DNA of 63,281 bases, filler included, from Candidatus Rokuibacteriota bacterium (GTDB lineage Bacteria > JAUVQV01 > DATDCY01): the NCBI GenBank assembly GCA_031406795.1. It is 10 parts of 10 records of this genome, joined end to end, with 100 filler letters (N's around TTAATTAATTAA, not from the genome) between each part and the next. Parts side by side here need not be neighbours in the genome. Positions count along the whole stretch, not along the records: positions 52,686 to 54,356 come from JANOHV010000193.1; positions 54,457 to 58,935 come from JANOHV010000194.1; positions 59,036 to 61,030 come from JANOHV010000002.1; positions 61,131 to 63,281 come from JANOHV010000059.1; 6 more parts are not named here. The stretch is one strand, 5' to 3'. Below the pieces are notes generated by a model. That model saw nothing but the letters and a program-made list of their open reading frames with translations. It ran no database searches and was not told where the DNA came from. Shown one piece after another: positions 54,275 through 63,281 of the stretch (position 1 is its first letter; the number at the start of each line of letters is the position of its first letter). Position numbers and translations under genes: made by a program.

Positions 54275-54456
54275 GCGTTCCGGCTCGGCGCGCCGGTCGT
54301 GCTCGTCTCGGGCTGCCACTTCGGCGACTGCCACTACATCGACGCCAACCACTGGANNNNNNNNNNNNNNNNNNNNNNNNNNNNNNNNNNNNNNNNNNNN
54401 TTAATTAATTAANNNNNNNNNNNNNNNNNNNNNNNNNNNNNNNNNNNNNNNNNNNN

Positions 54457-54598
54457 GCGTCCCCTCGAGGGAGTGGATGAGGCTGCGCGCCATGATCAAC
54501 ATCGCGAGGCCGCAGGCCATGACGAGCGACACCGCCGCCGCCTGGCCCGTGAGGCGCTTCAGGTCACGGAGCAGCTTGCGGTCGAGGTGCGGAAGCAT
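54457..54598 (-). CDS. FtsX/MacB-like ABC permease, N-terminal fragment
   Basis: LDRKLLRDL..GQAAAVSLVMACG; follows the ABC ATPase. Confidence 0.75.
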
Positions 54599-54727
54599 TT
54601 CAGGAAACTCCAAGAGGGAACTCCAATTTCCAAAAGGCCAAAGGCCAAACAAACGGCCAAATCCACAGGCCTGCAGAAGCTGACTTTGCTTGGCGTCTGG
54701 AATTTGGCATTTGGAGTTTGCCCGGCG

Positions 54728-55480
54728 CTACCAGCGCAGGGTCGCGGGCGCCGCGGGCGCGGGGTTGCGCTGTTCCGACTGCACGCGGCCGTCGGAGAAG
54801 CGGATGACGCGGTCGGCCATGTCGGCCATGACGGCGTTGTGGGTGATGATGACGGTGAGCGCGCCGAGCTCGCGGTTGGCGCGCTGGATGGCCTCAAGCA
54901 CGACGATGCCGGTCTTCACATCAAGCGCGCCGGTGGGCTCGTCGCACAGCAGCACCTCGGGGCGCTTGGCGATGGCGCGGGCGATGGCCACGCGCTGCTG
55001 CTCGCCGCCGGAGAGTTGCGCCGGAAAGTGGTCCATGCGCGCGGCGAGCCCGACCATCGCCAGCGCGGCCTCGGGCGGGAGCGGATTGCTCGCGATCTCG
55101 GTGATGAGGCCGACGTTCTCGCGGGCGGTGAGGCTCGGGATGAGGTTGTAGAACTGGAAGATGAAGCCGACAGACTGGCGCCGGTAGAGCGTGAGCTGCT
55201 CCTCGTCGGCGTGGGTCAGGTCCATGTTGCGGTAGCGCAGCTCGCCGGCGGTCGGGATGTCGAGCCCGCCCAGCTGGTTGAGGAGGGTGGTCTTGCCGGA
55301 GCCGGAGGGGCCGAGCAGCACGACGAGTTCGCCGGCGTTAAGGTCCAGATCCACCCCGTCCAACGCGCGCACTTCGGCCGTGCCGGTGCCGTAGATCTTG
55401 GTGAGACCGCGCACATGGAAGACCTTGCCGTCGCGGGGGGCGGCGGCCGCGCGGGAACCGGAGGCGGGGGCGGGATTCAC
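54728..55480 (-). CDS. ABC transporter ATP-binding protein (LolD/MacB-like)
   Basis: [42 protein letters not shown]. Confidence 0.95.
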   Translation of the reverse strand: MNPAPASGSRAAAAPRDGKVFHVRGLTKIYGTGTAEVRALDGVDLDLNAGELVVLLGPSGSGKTTLLNQLGGLDIPTAGELRYRNMDLTHADEEQLTLYRRQSVGFIFQFYNLIPSLTARENVGLITEIASNPLPPEAALAMVGLAARMDHFPAQLSGGEQQRVAIARAIAKRPEVLLCDEPTGALDVKTGIVVLEAIQRANRELGALTVIITHNAVMADMADRVIRFSDGRVQSEQRNPAPAAPATLRW

Positions 55481-55612
55481 GGCGGGAGGAAAGAGCCGCC
55501 ACGCTACCGGGGCGCGGGTGCCGCGCAATCAAAAGCCCGGTGATGCGCCCGGCTGTGAGGCCGGGTGATAGCAGGAAGAAGCGGAGGTGCTGGTCGATGG
55601 ACCGCTGGGCCA

Positions 55613-55690
55613 AGGGTGGAGCGCGCTGACCTCAGCGGGCTTTGGCGGTGGTTCCCAAACCAGCGCACTGAGGTCAGTGCGCTCCACCCT
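55613..55690. repeat. Long imperfect hairpin (GGTGGAGCGC-type palindromic repeat)
   Basis: AGGGTGGAGCGCGCTGACCTCAG ... CTGAGGTCAGTGCGCTCCACCCT. Confidence 0.75.
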
Positions 55691-56478
55691 CAAACTGCCT
55701 TGCCCTGCCCGGCCTTCGCGAGGGCCTCCTCGCCCAGCGGCGCGGTGGGCTTGAGAGTGAGGCTTTTGTCGAATTCCCGGGCGAAGTCGCGCTGGTACCG
55801 CCAGTTGAGGAGGGCGATGAGCGTCATTGCGATCAGCGCGCCGAGCGAGGCCAGCGCCATGTCCTTCTGTGCGTCCCACACGTCGCCCTGGGAGCCGAGG
55901 AAGTCGTTGCTGGCGTCGCTGCCGACCACGGTCGCCGTGGCCCATTCCAACAGCTCGTAGAAGGCCGATGTGCTCAGGGTGACGTCCAGCGGCAGGAAGT
56001 AGCCCCAGAAGCCGCGGACGCTGACGAGGCGCAGGAAAATCTCGCGGATGGGATAGGCGATCAGGAACCCGTAGGAGAAATGCACAAGCCGGTCGAAATT
56101 GTTACGCTCGAAACCGAGCTGGAAGTTGAGCGTGGTGCCGAAGAGGGAGTGCCACCAGGCATCGTAGGGCACCTGGGCGTAGGTCCAGTGCGCGCCGGTC
56201 TCGTGCAGGCAATAGAAGAGGAAGATCAGGGTATAGCTCACCCGGGACAGCGGCATGAGCCGGTAGGTGGCCCACAGGAAGAGAATGCCCAGCGCCACCG
56301 GGGCATTCTCCAGCGCCCAGGTGCCCGGCTGGCGCGCCCCGTAGGCGGAGACCAAAATGACCAGCCCCAGCAGGCCCGCCAAAATGCCGGCATAGCGACC
56401 GTGGGGGACGGCCAGCAGGGCGGCCACGAGGGCGTTCGCCCGCTGGCGGGCCCGCGGGAAGCGCTTGGCGGGTTTCAT
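55690..56478 (-). CDS. DUF2238 (YjdF-like) membrane protein
   Basis: WALEN, LHETGAHWTYAQVP, RNNFDRLVHF, YELLEW, FLGSQGDVWDAQKDM. Confidence 0.9.
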   Translation of the reverse strand: MKPAKRFPRARQRANALVAALLAVPHGRYAGILAGLLGLVILVSAYGARQPGTWALENAPVALGILFLWATYRLMPLSRVSYTLIFLFYCLHETGAHWTYAQVPYDAWWHSLFGTTLNFQLGFERNNFDRLVHFSYGFLIAYPIREIFLRLVSVRGFWGYFLPLDVTLSTSAFYELLEWATATVVGSDASNDFLGSQGDVWDAQKDMALASLGALIAMTLIALLNWRYQRDFAREFDKSLTLKPTAPLGEEALAKAGQGKAV

Positions 56479-56734
56479 TCGCAGCAAGCCTGACACGCCG
56501 AAGTCCTGGTCGCCTTTGGCGCCGTCGCAGGCGTATAAACCAGCCGCGGCCTGAATGTAGCAGCGGTGGTAACACCGCTGGCCGGCCGTCTGGCGACGGC
56601 CGCTACAGATTGGGAGGTGGCTGGGTTCTGTGGTGCTGGCATCTTACCGTCACATGACAGACGCGGGCCGGAAGGGTTACGGTTCCCGCAGGAAAATCTC
56701 GCCGTGTCGCGGCCGGGTCTTTGTGCTGTCCGGC

Positions 56735-57682
56735 ATGAATCGAACCGACCGGCTCGTGGCGATGGTGCTCTTCCTGCAAGGCCGGCGCGTCGTGCGCGCG
56801 GCGGAGATGGCGAAGCACTTCGAGGTGACGGAGCGCACGATCTACCGCGACATGGCCGCGCTGGGCAAGGCCGGCGTGCCGATCAGCGGGGAGGCGGGCG
56901 TGGGTTACTGCCTGATGAAGGGCTATCAGCTGCCGCCCGTGATGTTCACGGCCGAGGAGGCCTCGGCGTTGTTCGTCGGCGGCGAGATGGTGAAGCAGTT
57001 CACCGACGCCTCGCTGCACGGACCGATGGCCTCGGCGCTGGACAAGCTGCGGGCGGTGCTCCCGCGCGACCGGCAGGACCATGTCGAGAAACTCGTCAGC
57101 CGGACGATCGTGCGCGGGCGGATGGGGCGGACGCCCGAGGCCGGCACGCAGCGGTGGATGGTGACGGTCCAGCACGGCGTGGTGCTGCGGCGGGTGCTGC
57201 GCATGGCCTACCGCGGGTTGGAGCGCGACGAGGACACGGCGCGCGACGTGGAGCCGCTGGGCGTGGTGTTCTACGGCGGCGCCTGGTACCTGGTGGCGTG
57301 GTGCCGGCTGCGGCAGGGTCTCCGGCATTTCCGGGTGGACCGCATCCAGCGGCTGGAGCTGCTGCCCGTGACCTTTCCCCCACGGGAGGATTTTTCCCTG
57401 GCGGAGCACATGGAGCGCTCGGGGGTGGACGGCGACAGCCGGCCGGTGCGCGTGTGGTTCCATGACCGGGCCCGGGAACGGGCGCAGCGCGACAGCTACG
57501 CCACGCTCGCCGAGGAGAAGCGGCGCGACGGCGGCGCGGAGTACACGCTGTATTCCTACTCGCTCGAATGGACGGCGCAGTGGCTCCTGTCCTTCGGCGA
57601 CCGCGCCGAGGCGGTGGCCCCGGCGAAGCTCCGTTCGCTCGTGCGGACCGCGGCGGAGAAAATCATGAGGCAACACGCTTAG
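56735..57682 (+). CDS. YafY-family HTH-WYL transcriptional regulator
   Basis: MNRTDRL..FEVTERTIYRD..GVGY..LPPVMFT; WYLVAWCRLR..RHFRVDRI. Confidence 0.94.
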   Translation: MNRTDRLVAMVLFLQGRRVVRAAEMAKHFEVTERTIYRDMAALGKAGVPISGEAGVGYCLMKGYQLPPVMFTAEEASALFVGGEMVKQFTDASLHGPMASALDKLRAVLPRDRQDHVEKLVSRTIVRGRMGRTPEAGTQRWMVTVQHGVVLRRVLRMAYRGLERDEDTARDVEPLGVVFYGGAWYLVAWCRLRQGLRHFRVDRIQRLELLPVTFPPREDFSLAEHMERSGVDGDSRPVRVWFHDRARERAQRDSYATLAEEKRRDGGAEYTLYSYSLEWTAQWLLSFGDRAEAVAPAKLRSLVRTAAEKIMRQHA

Positions 57683-57807
57683 GCCGGTTGCTCATTCCGG
57701 CGGAGGCGATACCGCTGATGTCAACTAATAGTATACTTGAGCCGCAGGCTGGCGGGGTTGATGCCACGGGCGCGAAAAAGAGGTGGATTTGGGTGGCCCG
57801 ATTCACT

Positions 57808-57827
57808 CCTGACATAGGGTTGTCAGG
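57808..57827. promoter_or_regulatory. Palindromic operator, likely for the adjacent WYL regulator
   Basis: Perfect CCTGACA-N6-TGTCAGG, 21 nt before the VOC start, followed by the -10-like TAGGAT. Confidence 0.65.
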
Positions 57828-57848
57828 GCGGGGTGGTAGGATGGGGGC

Positions 57849-58226
57849 ATGATCAACGCCACCGCCATCGCCTTCACCGCGTATCCCGTCACTGACATGC
57901 CCCGGGCCCGCGCGTTCTACGAGGGTCTGCTCGGGTTGAAGACCGGCATGATCTTCGATCACGACGGCAAACAGTGGATCGAATACGACATCGGTGCCAG
58001 CACCCTTGGCATCTCGAATATGTCGGCCGACAAATGGAAGCCGTCCGCCGACGGACCCTCGCTGGCCCTGGAGGTGGCGGATTTCGCCGCCGCCGTGGCG
58101 GTGTTGCGCGGGGGCGGGGTCAAGTTTGCCATCGAGCCGATGGACACCGGGGTCTGCGAGATGGCGATCGTGGCCGACCCCGACGGCAACTCCCTCATCA
58201 TTCACCGCCGCAAAGCCGCGCCCTGA
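57849..58226 (+). CDS. VOC/glyoxalase-family protein
   Basis: YPVTDMPRARAFYEGLLG..ALEVAD..DPDGN. Confidence 0.92.
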   Translation: MINATAIAFTAYPVTDMPRARAFYEGLLGLKTGMIFDHDGKQWIEYDIGASTLGISNMSADKWKPSADGPSLALEVADFAAAVAVLRGGGVKFAIEPMDTGVCEMAIVADPDGNSLIIHRRKAAP

Positions 58227-58246
58227 GGGTGGTCGCCGGTTTCCAG

Positions 58247-58363
58247 CAGACTGTCGGACTTCTCAATAAGACCCGCGTATAGCGCAATAATCTCAATAAG
58301 ATTCAAGTGTGAGAGCGAATATGCGGCTATACGCGTCTATAATTTTCTAAGTCCGACAGTCTG
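58247..58363. mobile_element. 117-bp MITE with 15-bp perfect TIRs and 6-bp target duplication
   Basis: CAGACTGTCGGACTT / AAGTCCGACAGTCTG, flanked on both sides by TTCCAG. Confidence 0.85.
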
Positions 58364-58467
58364 TTCCAGACCGGCGACAAACAGCGTCGGCGTGCCCCTC
58401 GACGAGCTCGGGGTCCAGCACCTGGCGAACGGAGAAACCGACGCCCACCCTAAAATCCAATCCCCCC

Positions 58468-58875
58468 ATGCAAACCCGCACCATCACCCTGACCGTCGCC
58501 ACGCCGAACCAGGCCGTGTTCAATTTCCTGGCCGACATCGAGCACCTCCCGCACTGGTCGGGCGGTTTCTGCGAGTGGATCGAGCTGCACCGCGAGGGCT
58601 GGTGGGCCTACACCGCCCTGGGCGAACTGGAGGTGGCAACGAAGGTGGATGACATCGCCGGGACCATCGACCTGCGCCTGGCGCACACCGCCGGGTGGAA
58701 GCTCGTCATTCCCGTGCGCGTCCGCAGCGACGGCGAAGGCGGCGCGCTGGTCCGGCTCACGTGCGCGCAGCCCGCGGGCTTGTCCGACGAGCACTACGAG
58801 CGGTTGCTCGAGTTGTTGCTGGCCGGATTGCGAGACCTCGCCGGACGGTTCCAGGCGGAGCCGGCGGAAAGCTGA
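58468..58875 (+). CDS. SRPBCC/START-like protein
   Basis: TITLTV..VFNFLADIEHLPHW motif and a C-terminal helix. Confidence 0.7.
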   Translation: MQTRTITLTVATPNQAVFNFLADIEHLPHWSGGFCEWIELHREGWWAYTALGELEVATKVDDIAGTIDLRLAHTAGWKLVIPVRVRSDGEGGALVRLTCAQPAGLSDEHYERLLELLLAGLRDLAGRFQAEPAES

Positions 58876-59035
58876 AATGCAACTGGTAGGGGCCGAGCTT
58901 GCTCGGTCCTGATGTACGCCGGCAGGTGAAGGACCNNNNNNNNNNNNNNNNNNNNNNNNNNNNNNNNNNNNNNNNNNNNTTAATTAATTAANNNNNNNNN
59001 NNNNNNNNNNNNNNNNNNNNNNNNNNNNNNNNNNN

Positions 59036-59817
59036 CGTTCGGCGGTGCCGAGAGCCGCTCCGACCTGTGCCGGCTTGCCGCCGACGATCACGACCCGCGC
59101 GTCGGGGAAGGAGGCAAGGATGCGCGGCACCCCGTCGAGGAGCAGGTCGATCCCCTGGTTCTTCTCGAAGGTCCCCGTGTAGAGGATCACCGGCCCGGCA
59201 ATCCCGAGCCGCGCGCGAAGCGCCGCGACCTCCGCCTCGTCGGCTTTTTCCTCGCCCGCGACCGGCTGGTTCTCGATCAGCAGCACGCGCGCCCGCGGGT
59301 CGGCGGCCTTCGCCTGGTCGACGAGGTGCGGGCAGATCGCGATCACCGCGTCGCTGTGGCGCATGACCCAGCGCTCGAAGGCGCGCGCGAAGCCGATCAG
59401 CAGCCCCGAGGTGGTGAACCGGTAGTTCTCGAGCTGCTCCGGCAGGCTCGAGTGCATGTCGTAGATGTGCTTCTTCCCGAAGAGCACGCGCAGCAGCGCG
59501 CCGATGCCCCCCGCCTCCTCGTGCGTGTGCACCGCGTCGTAGCGGCCCGCCAGATAGCGCCAGAGGCTCGCCCAGCAGATCAGGAAATCGAGCGGGAACT
59601 TCACCCCCGAGGGCCCGATCGGGATGTGGCGCAGGCCCGGCCAGCGCCAGACCCGGAAGATGCGCAGGTCGGGGATGTCGACGTCTTCGCCCAGGGGGTA
59701 CGTCACGAGGTCCACCTGGTGGCCGAGATCCGCGAGCGCCTTGATCCGCATGCGGACCGAAAAGGGGGTCCCCCGCGGCTGGAAGAAGGGCTGGGGGGCG
59801 ATCATCAGGATCTTCAC
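59036..59817 (-). CDS. Glycosyltransferase family 4, 3'-partial
   Basis: ILMIAPQPFFQPRGTP, HTHEEA, YDMHSSL, LYTGTFE.NQGIDLL. Confidence 0.9.
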
Positions 59818-59987
59818 GGGCGCACTCCGTCCACGGCCTGTGGGTCGGGGAAACGCTTTGCGGGCTGCATCCTGCGAATTGTAGCAGATGCGGGAACTTG
59901 GCACTGCCCGGGTTCCAGGGTATATTCGCCGGCAGAGTCGCGGCTGACTCGCCACCACGCTACGGGTTACGGAAAGCGGCGCCGGGA

Positions 59988-61030
59988 ATGATACAACGGG
60001 TCGGCAGCAGGGGTTTGGCCCGCGCCGGGTTTGCCCTGCTGTTGGTGATCTTCGTCGGCCTGCGCATCTTCGATCTCACCGCCGACCCGCCCGCCGACCT
60101 GGACGGCAGCGGCGGCATCTATTTCGACGAGGGGATGCTCGCCCAGGGCGCCCGCAACAAGGTGCTCTTCGGGAGCTTCTTTCAGGACGACTGGAACGAT
60201 CTGTACATCACCCCGCTGCTCTCGCTGCTGAAACTCGCGGTGCTCTCGGTGACCGGGGTCGGGCTGCTGCAGGTCCGGGTCATCGCGGTGGCGTTCGGCC
60301 TCGGGTCGCTGCTGCTCTTTTACCTGGTGCTGAGGCGCGGGGCCGGGCGCGAAACGGCGCTGCTCGGCGTCACGCTGCTCGGCTGCAGCCACATCTACGG
60401 AATGTTCAACCGCATTGGGCTCACCGAGACGCCGGTGTGCTTCTTCATGCTGCTCGCCGCGTGGCTCTGGCAGGAGGGCGTGCTGCGGCGACGCGCCCCC
60501 TGGTTCTTCTTCGGCGCCGGCGCGGTCGCCTTCGTCGCCTACACCGTCAAGGCCTTCCCCTATTTCATCCCGGCCCTCGCCCTGGCCAGCGTGCTCGCCT
60601 GGTGGCTGCTCCCCGCCGAAGAGCGCTCGCTGCGGCGTCCCGGGGCGCTGCGGGAGCCCGTGCGGGCCGCCGCGGCGTTCGTCGCCGGGGTCGTTCTGCC
60701 GCTCGCCGTCTGGTATTTCGCCTTCTACCGCCGGTTTGCCGCCTCGATCGAACAGGCGTCGGCCTTCTACCGCGCCCAGCAGATCCCCCGCTCGGCGGAA
60801 GCGCTGCTGAAGGACCTCGTCGGCTCCCCCTTCTTCCGCTACTTCACCGAGACTCCGGTGCTGCTCGCCTTCTCGGTGCTCTTCATCGGGCTCGGCATCC
60901 TGCTCTGGTTCCACCGCCGCGAACGACTGCTCCCCCTGGACCTGTTCTTTTCCTGCTGGTTTGTCGCCCACTTCGCCATGTTCGCCATCCTGCAGTACCG
61001 GCCGGTGCGGTACTACCTGCCCATCGTGCC
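59988..61030 (+). CDS. GT-C (ArnT/PMT-like, GT39/83) membrane glycosyltransferase, 3'-partial
   Basis: YFDEG luminal motif, P..L..L, TE in loop, RYYLP, many TM helices. Confidence 0.8.
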
Positions 61031-61130
61031 NNNNNNNNNNNNNNNNNNNNNNNNNNNNNNNNNNNNNNNNNNNNTTAATTAATTAANNNNNNNNNNNNNN
61101 NNNNNNNNNNNNNNNNNNNNNNNNNNNNNN

Positions 61131-63281
61131 CGCTCCCTGGGTCACGATCTCGACGAGTTTATAGCGCAGGACAGACCCGGACGCACCGGCATCCAGGACG
61201 GTGTAGGTGCCCCCCGAAGAGGACTCGAGCAGGGCGGGGACGAGCTCCGTGGTGACCGGGTTTTCGGCCCCGCGCTCCAGGCGGTACAGATAGAAGCCGG
61301 CCGTCCCGGATTCAGCGGCGGTCTCCCAGGTCACGAGCGCTCCTTCCGCCGTCCGGGTGGCCGTGAAAGCGGCCAGGAAGACGCGCGTCGGTTTCTTGTA
61401 GAAGCCGAAGTCGTTTGCCGGGGAGTCCGTCCCCGCAAGAGTGACAAGGCGTTCCGGGGCGGCGGGCAGCGCCGGCGCGGTCTGGTCCCAGTCGTCGAGA
61501 AAAAGGCTCGTGTCGGTGACCCGCACCGTGTAGGTCCCGTCGGGCAGATCGGGGAAGACGTAGGTGCCGTCGATTGCGGCGACGGTGGTGGCGATCACGA
61601 TCCCGCCGTTGAGCAGGTCGAGCGTGACGCCGGACACCCCGAGTTCGGGAGGGTTGTCGAGCGTGCCGTCCTGATCGGAGTCCTCGAATACGGTGCCGGA
61701 GATGGCGTGGAAGCTCGCATCGCCTTTGTAGCCGAAGTCCGCCGTCAGGTCACTCAGTCCCAGATTGTAGAGCGGTACGCGCACCTGGTGCCCGGCGGCG
61801 GGATCGGTGTCGCCGGTGGTCAGCAAGTACCCGGTCAGGACGGCCTGGCCGGATGGGACGCTGACGAAATAGCGGGTGGCTGCGTTGACCTGGAAGAGGT
61901 AACGGCCGGCGGCGTTGGTGAACTGCGTGACCATGGCCGCCCCGTCGCCCGCGTCGAGCAACCCGTTGCCGTTGAGATCCTGGTAGAGTTCAACGCTCAC
62001 GCCGAGGATACCGGCTTCTCCCGGATCCTGGACGCCGTCCGAGTCGGCGTCGCTCCAGATCTGATCGCCGATGCTTCCCGGGGCGTTGTAGCCGAAGTGC
62101 GTCCCGGTGACGTCCAGCGCCGCCAGCGCGACGATCGTCTCGGCGGCTACGGCCTCCGCGGTTGTGCCGGTGTACGAAAGGAGCCTGCCGTCGGCGTCTT
62201 CGATCGCGATGGTGTAGGTTCCCGGCGCGATGCCGGAGAAGGTGAAGAACCCGTTGACATCGCTGACGGAGGAACCCCGCACCGTGTCGGCGGCATTCAG
62301 CAGGTTGACGCTGACGCCCGGGATTCCCGGCTCGCCGAAGTCCCAGACCCCATCGTTGTCCGCGTCGAACCAGACGCGGTCCGTGATCGATTTGTACGTC
62401 GCGTTCCTGAAGCCGAAATCCACGTCGGTGCGGATCTCGTCCGCCGCCACGGTCTCCGCGTTGCCGTACAGGTGCCCGGCGCTCTGGGGGCCGTTGGTGG
62501 CGACGTACCCCGCGGCAAGCAAAATCTCGTCCCCGTCCTGCGGAATGCCGTTCGCGCCAACGTCCGCGCAGACACGGTAGGTGCCCGGCGCGAGACCGGT
62601 GAACAGGTAGGTGCCGTCGGGCCCGGTCGTGACCGGGCTGAACGGGGCGCCCACCAGGGTGTCGTCGGCAGTGCAGGGCTCCACATCGGCGCCGCTGCTG
62701 GTGGAGAGCGCCATCTTCACACCGCTGATGCCCACCTCGCCGGCATCCTGCGTCCCGTCGGCGTCCGCATCGCTCCAGACATAGTTGCCGATCATTGCCG
62801 TGCCGGGGCTGGCCTTGTACCCGAAATCGACGGTGTCGATGAACTCGTTGGCGCTCGTGATGGTCTGTGGTGCGCTCGGGTTGGCGCCGCCCGACATGAC
62901 CAGTCCCGTCGGGAGCGTGCCGGTGTCCACCCGCACCCGATAGGTTCCCGGCACGAGGCCGGAGAAGAGATAGGTCCCGCGGGAGCCGGTCAGGGCCTGG
63001 GGTTCCGCAGCGTCGATAGCGCCATCGTTGTCCAGATCGAGCCAGACCTGGACGTTCACCAGACCCTGCTCGCCGACGTCGAAGATCCCGTCGCCGTCCG
63101 CGTCGATCCAGACCAGATCGCCGATGGCGCCGCCTTCGATGACGGCGTCGACGGTCCGGGCCGTGACCGGGGGCGTCCTCTCGAAACTCGTCACGGTCAC
63201 GAGATTCACGACGCGATTGACGTCCGGGGGGGTCCGGACCTTCACCTGGTAATCGACGCGGAGCGTCTCGCCGGGAGCCAG
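61131..63281 (-). CDS. Large surface protein with tandem SdrD-B/CnaB-like repeats, partial at both ends
   Basis: Five repeats of IGDxVWxDxDxDGxxDxGExG..GxY.F..L.PG.Y..DFG, then PTRVFLAAFTA..VTWETAAESGTAGFYLYR. Confidence 0.88.

Overview
The window is not one locus. It is ten contigs of a GC-rich draft or metagenome-assembled bacterial genome, joined by nine artificial 100-nt linkers (44 N + TTAATTAATTAA + 44 N), so adjacency across a linker means nothing. Most contigs look like an anaerobe resembling Desulfobacterota/deltaproteobacteria (inference). They carry a sugar-nucleotide locus (gmd, cysC, UXS-like, TviB/WbpO-like), a decayed toxin-antitoxin/nucleotidyltransferase island, hppA, tRNA-Gly(CCC), mreBCD-mrdA-rodA, MoxR/DUF58, hsdM, a Vor-type 2-oxoacid:ferredoxin oxidoreductase, maf, priA, a UvrD/PcrA helicase, MvhD, glycosyltransferases and an SdrD-B repeat surface protein. 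One contig (54457-58935) looks to be from another lineage. Main points of interest: (1) a methanogen-like mtaB-mtaA methanol methyltransferase pair with a long leader, beside a bacterial IS91-like remnant; (2) a signal-peptide HEAT-repeat gene whose frame continues for 46 codons past an in-frame TGA (candidate selenoprotein); (3) a gene whose two halves appear in permuted order 8.5 kb apart; (4) a 117-bp MITE with a 6-bp target duplication inside a hairpin loop; (5) integron-cassette-like core sites around TA genes; (6) a UXS-like SDR lacking its catalytic Tyr. All product calls come from recognising motifs; no database search was run.
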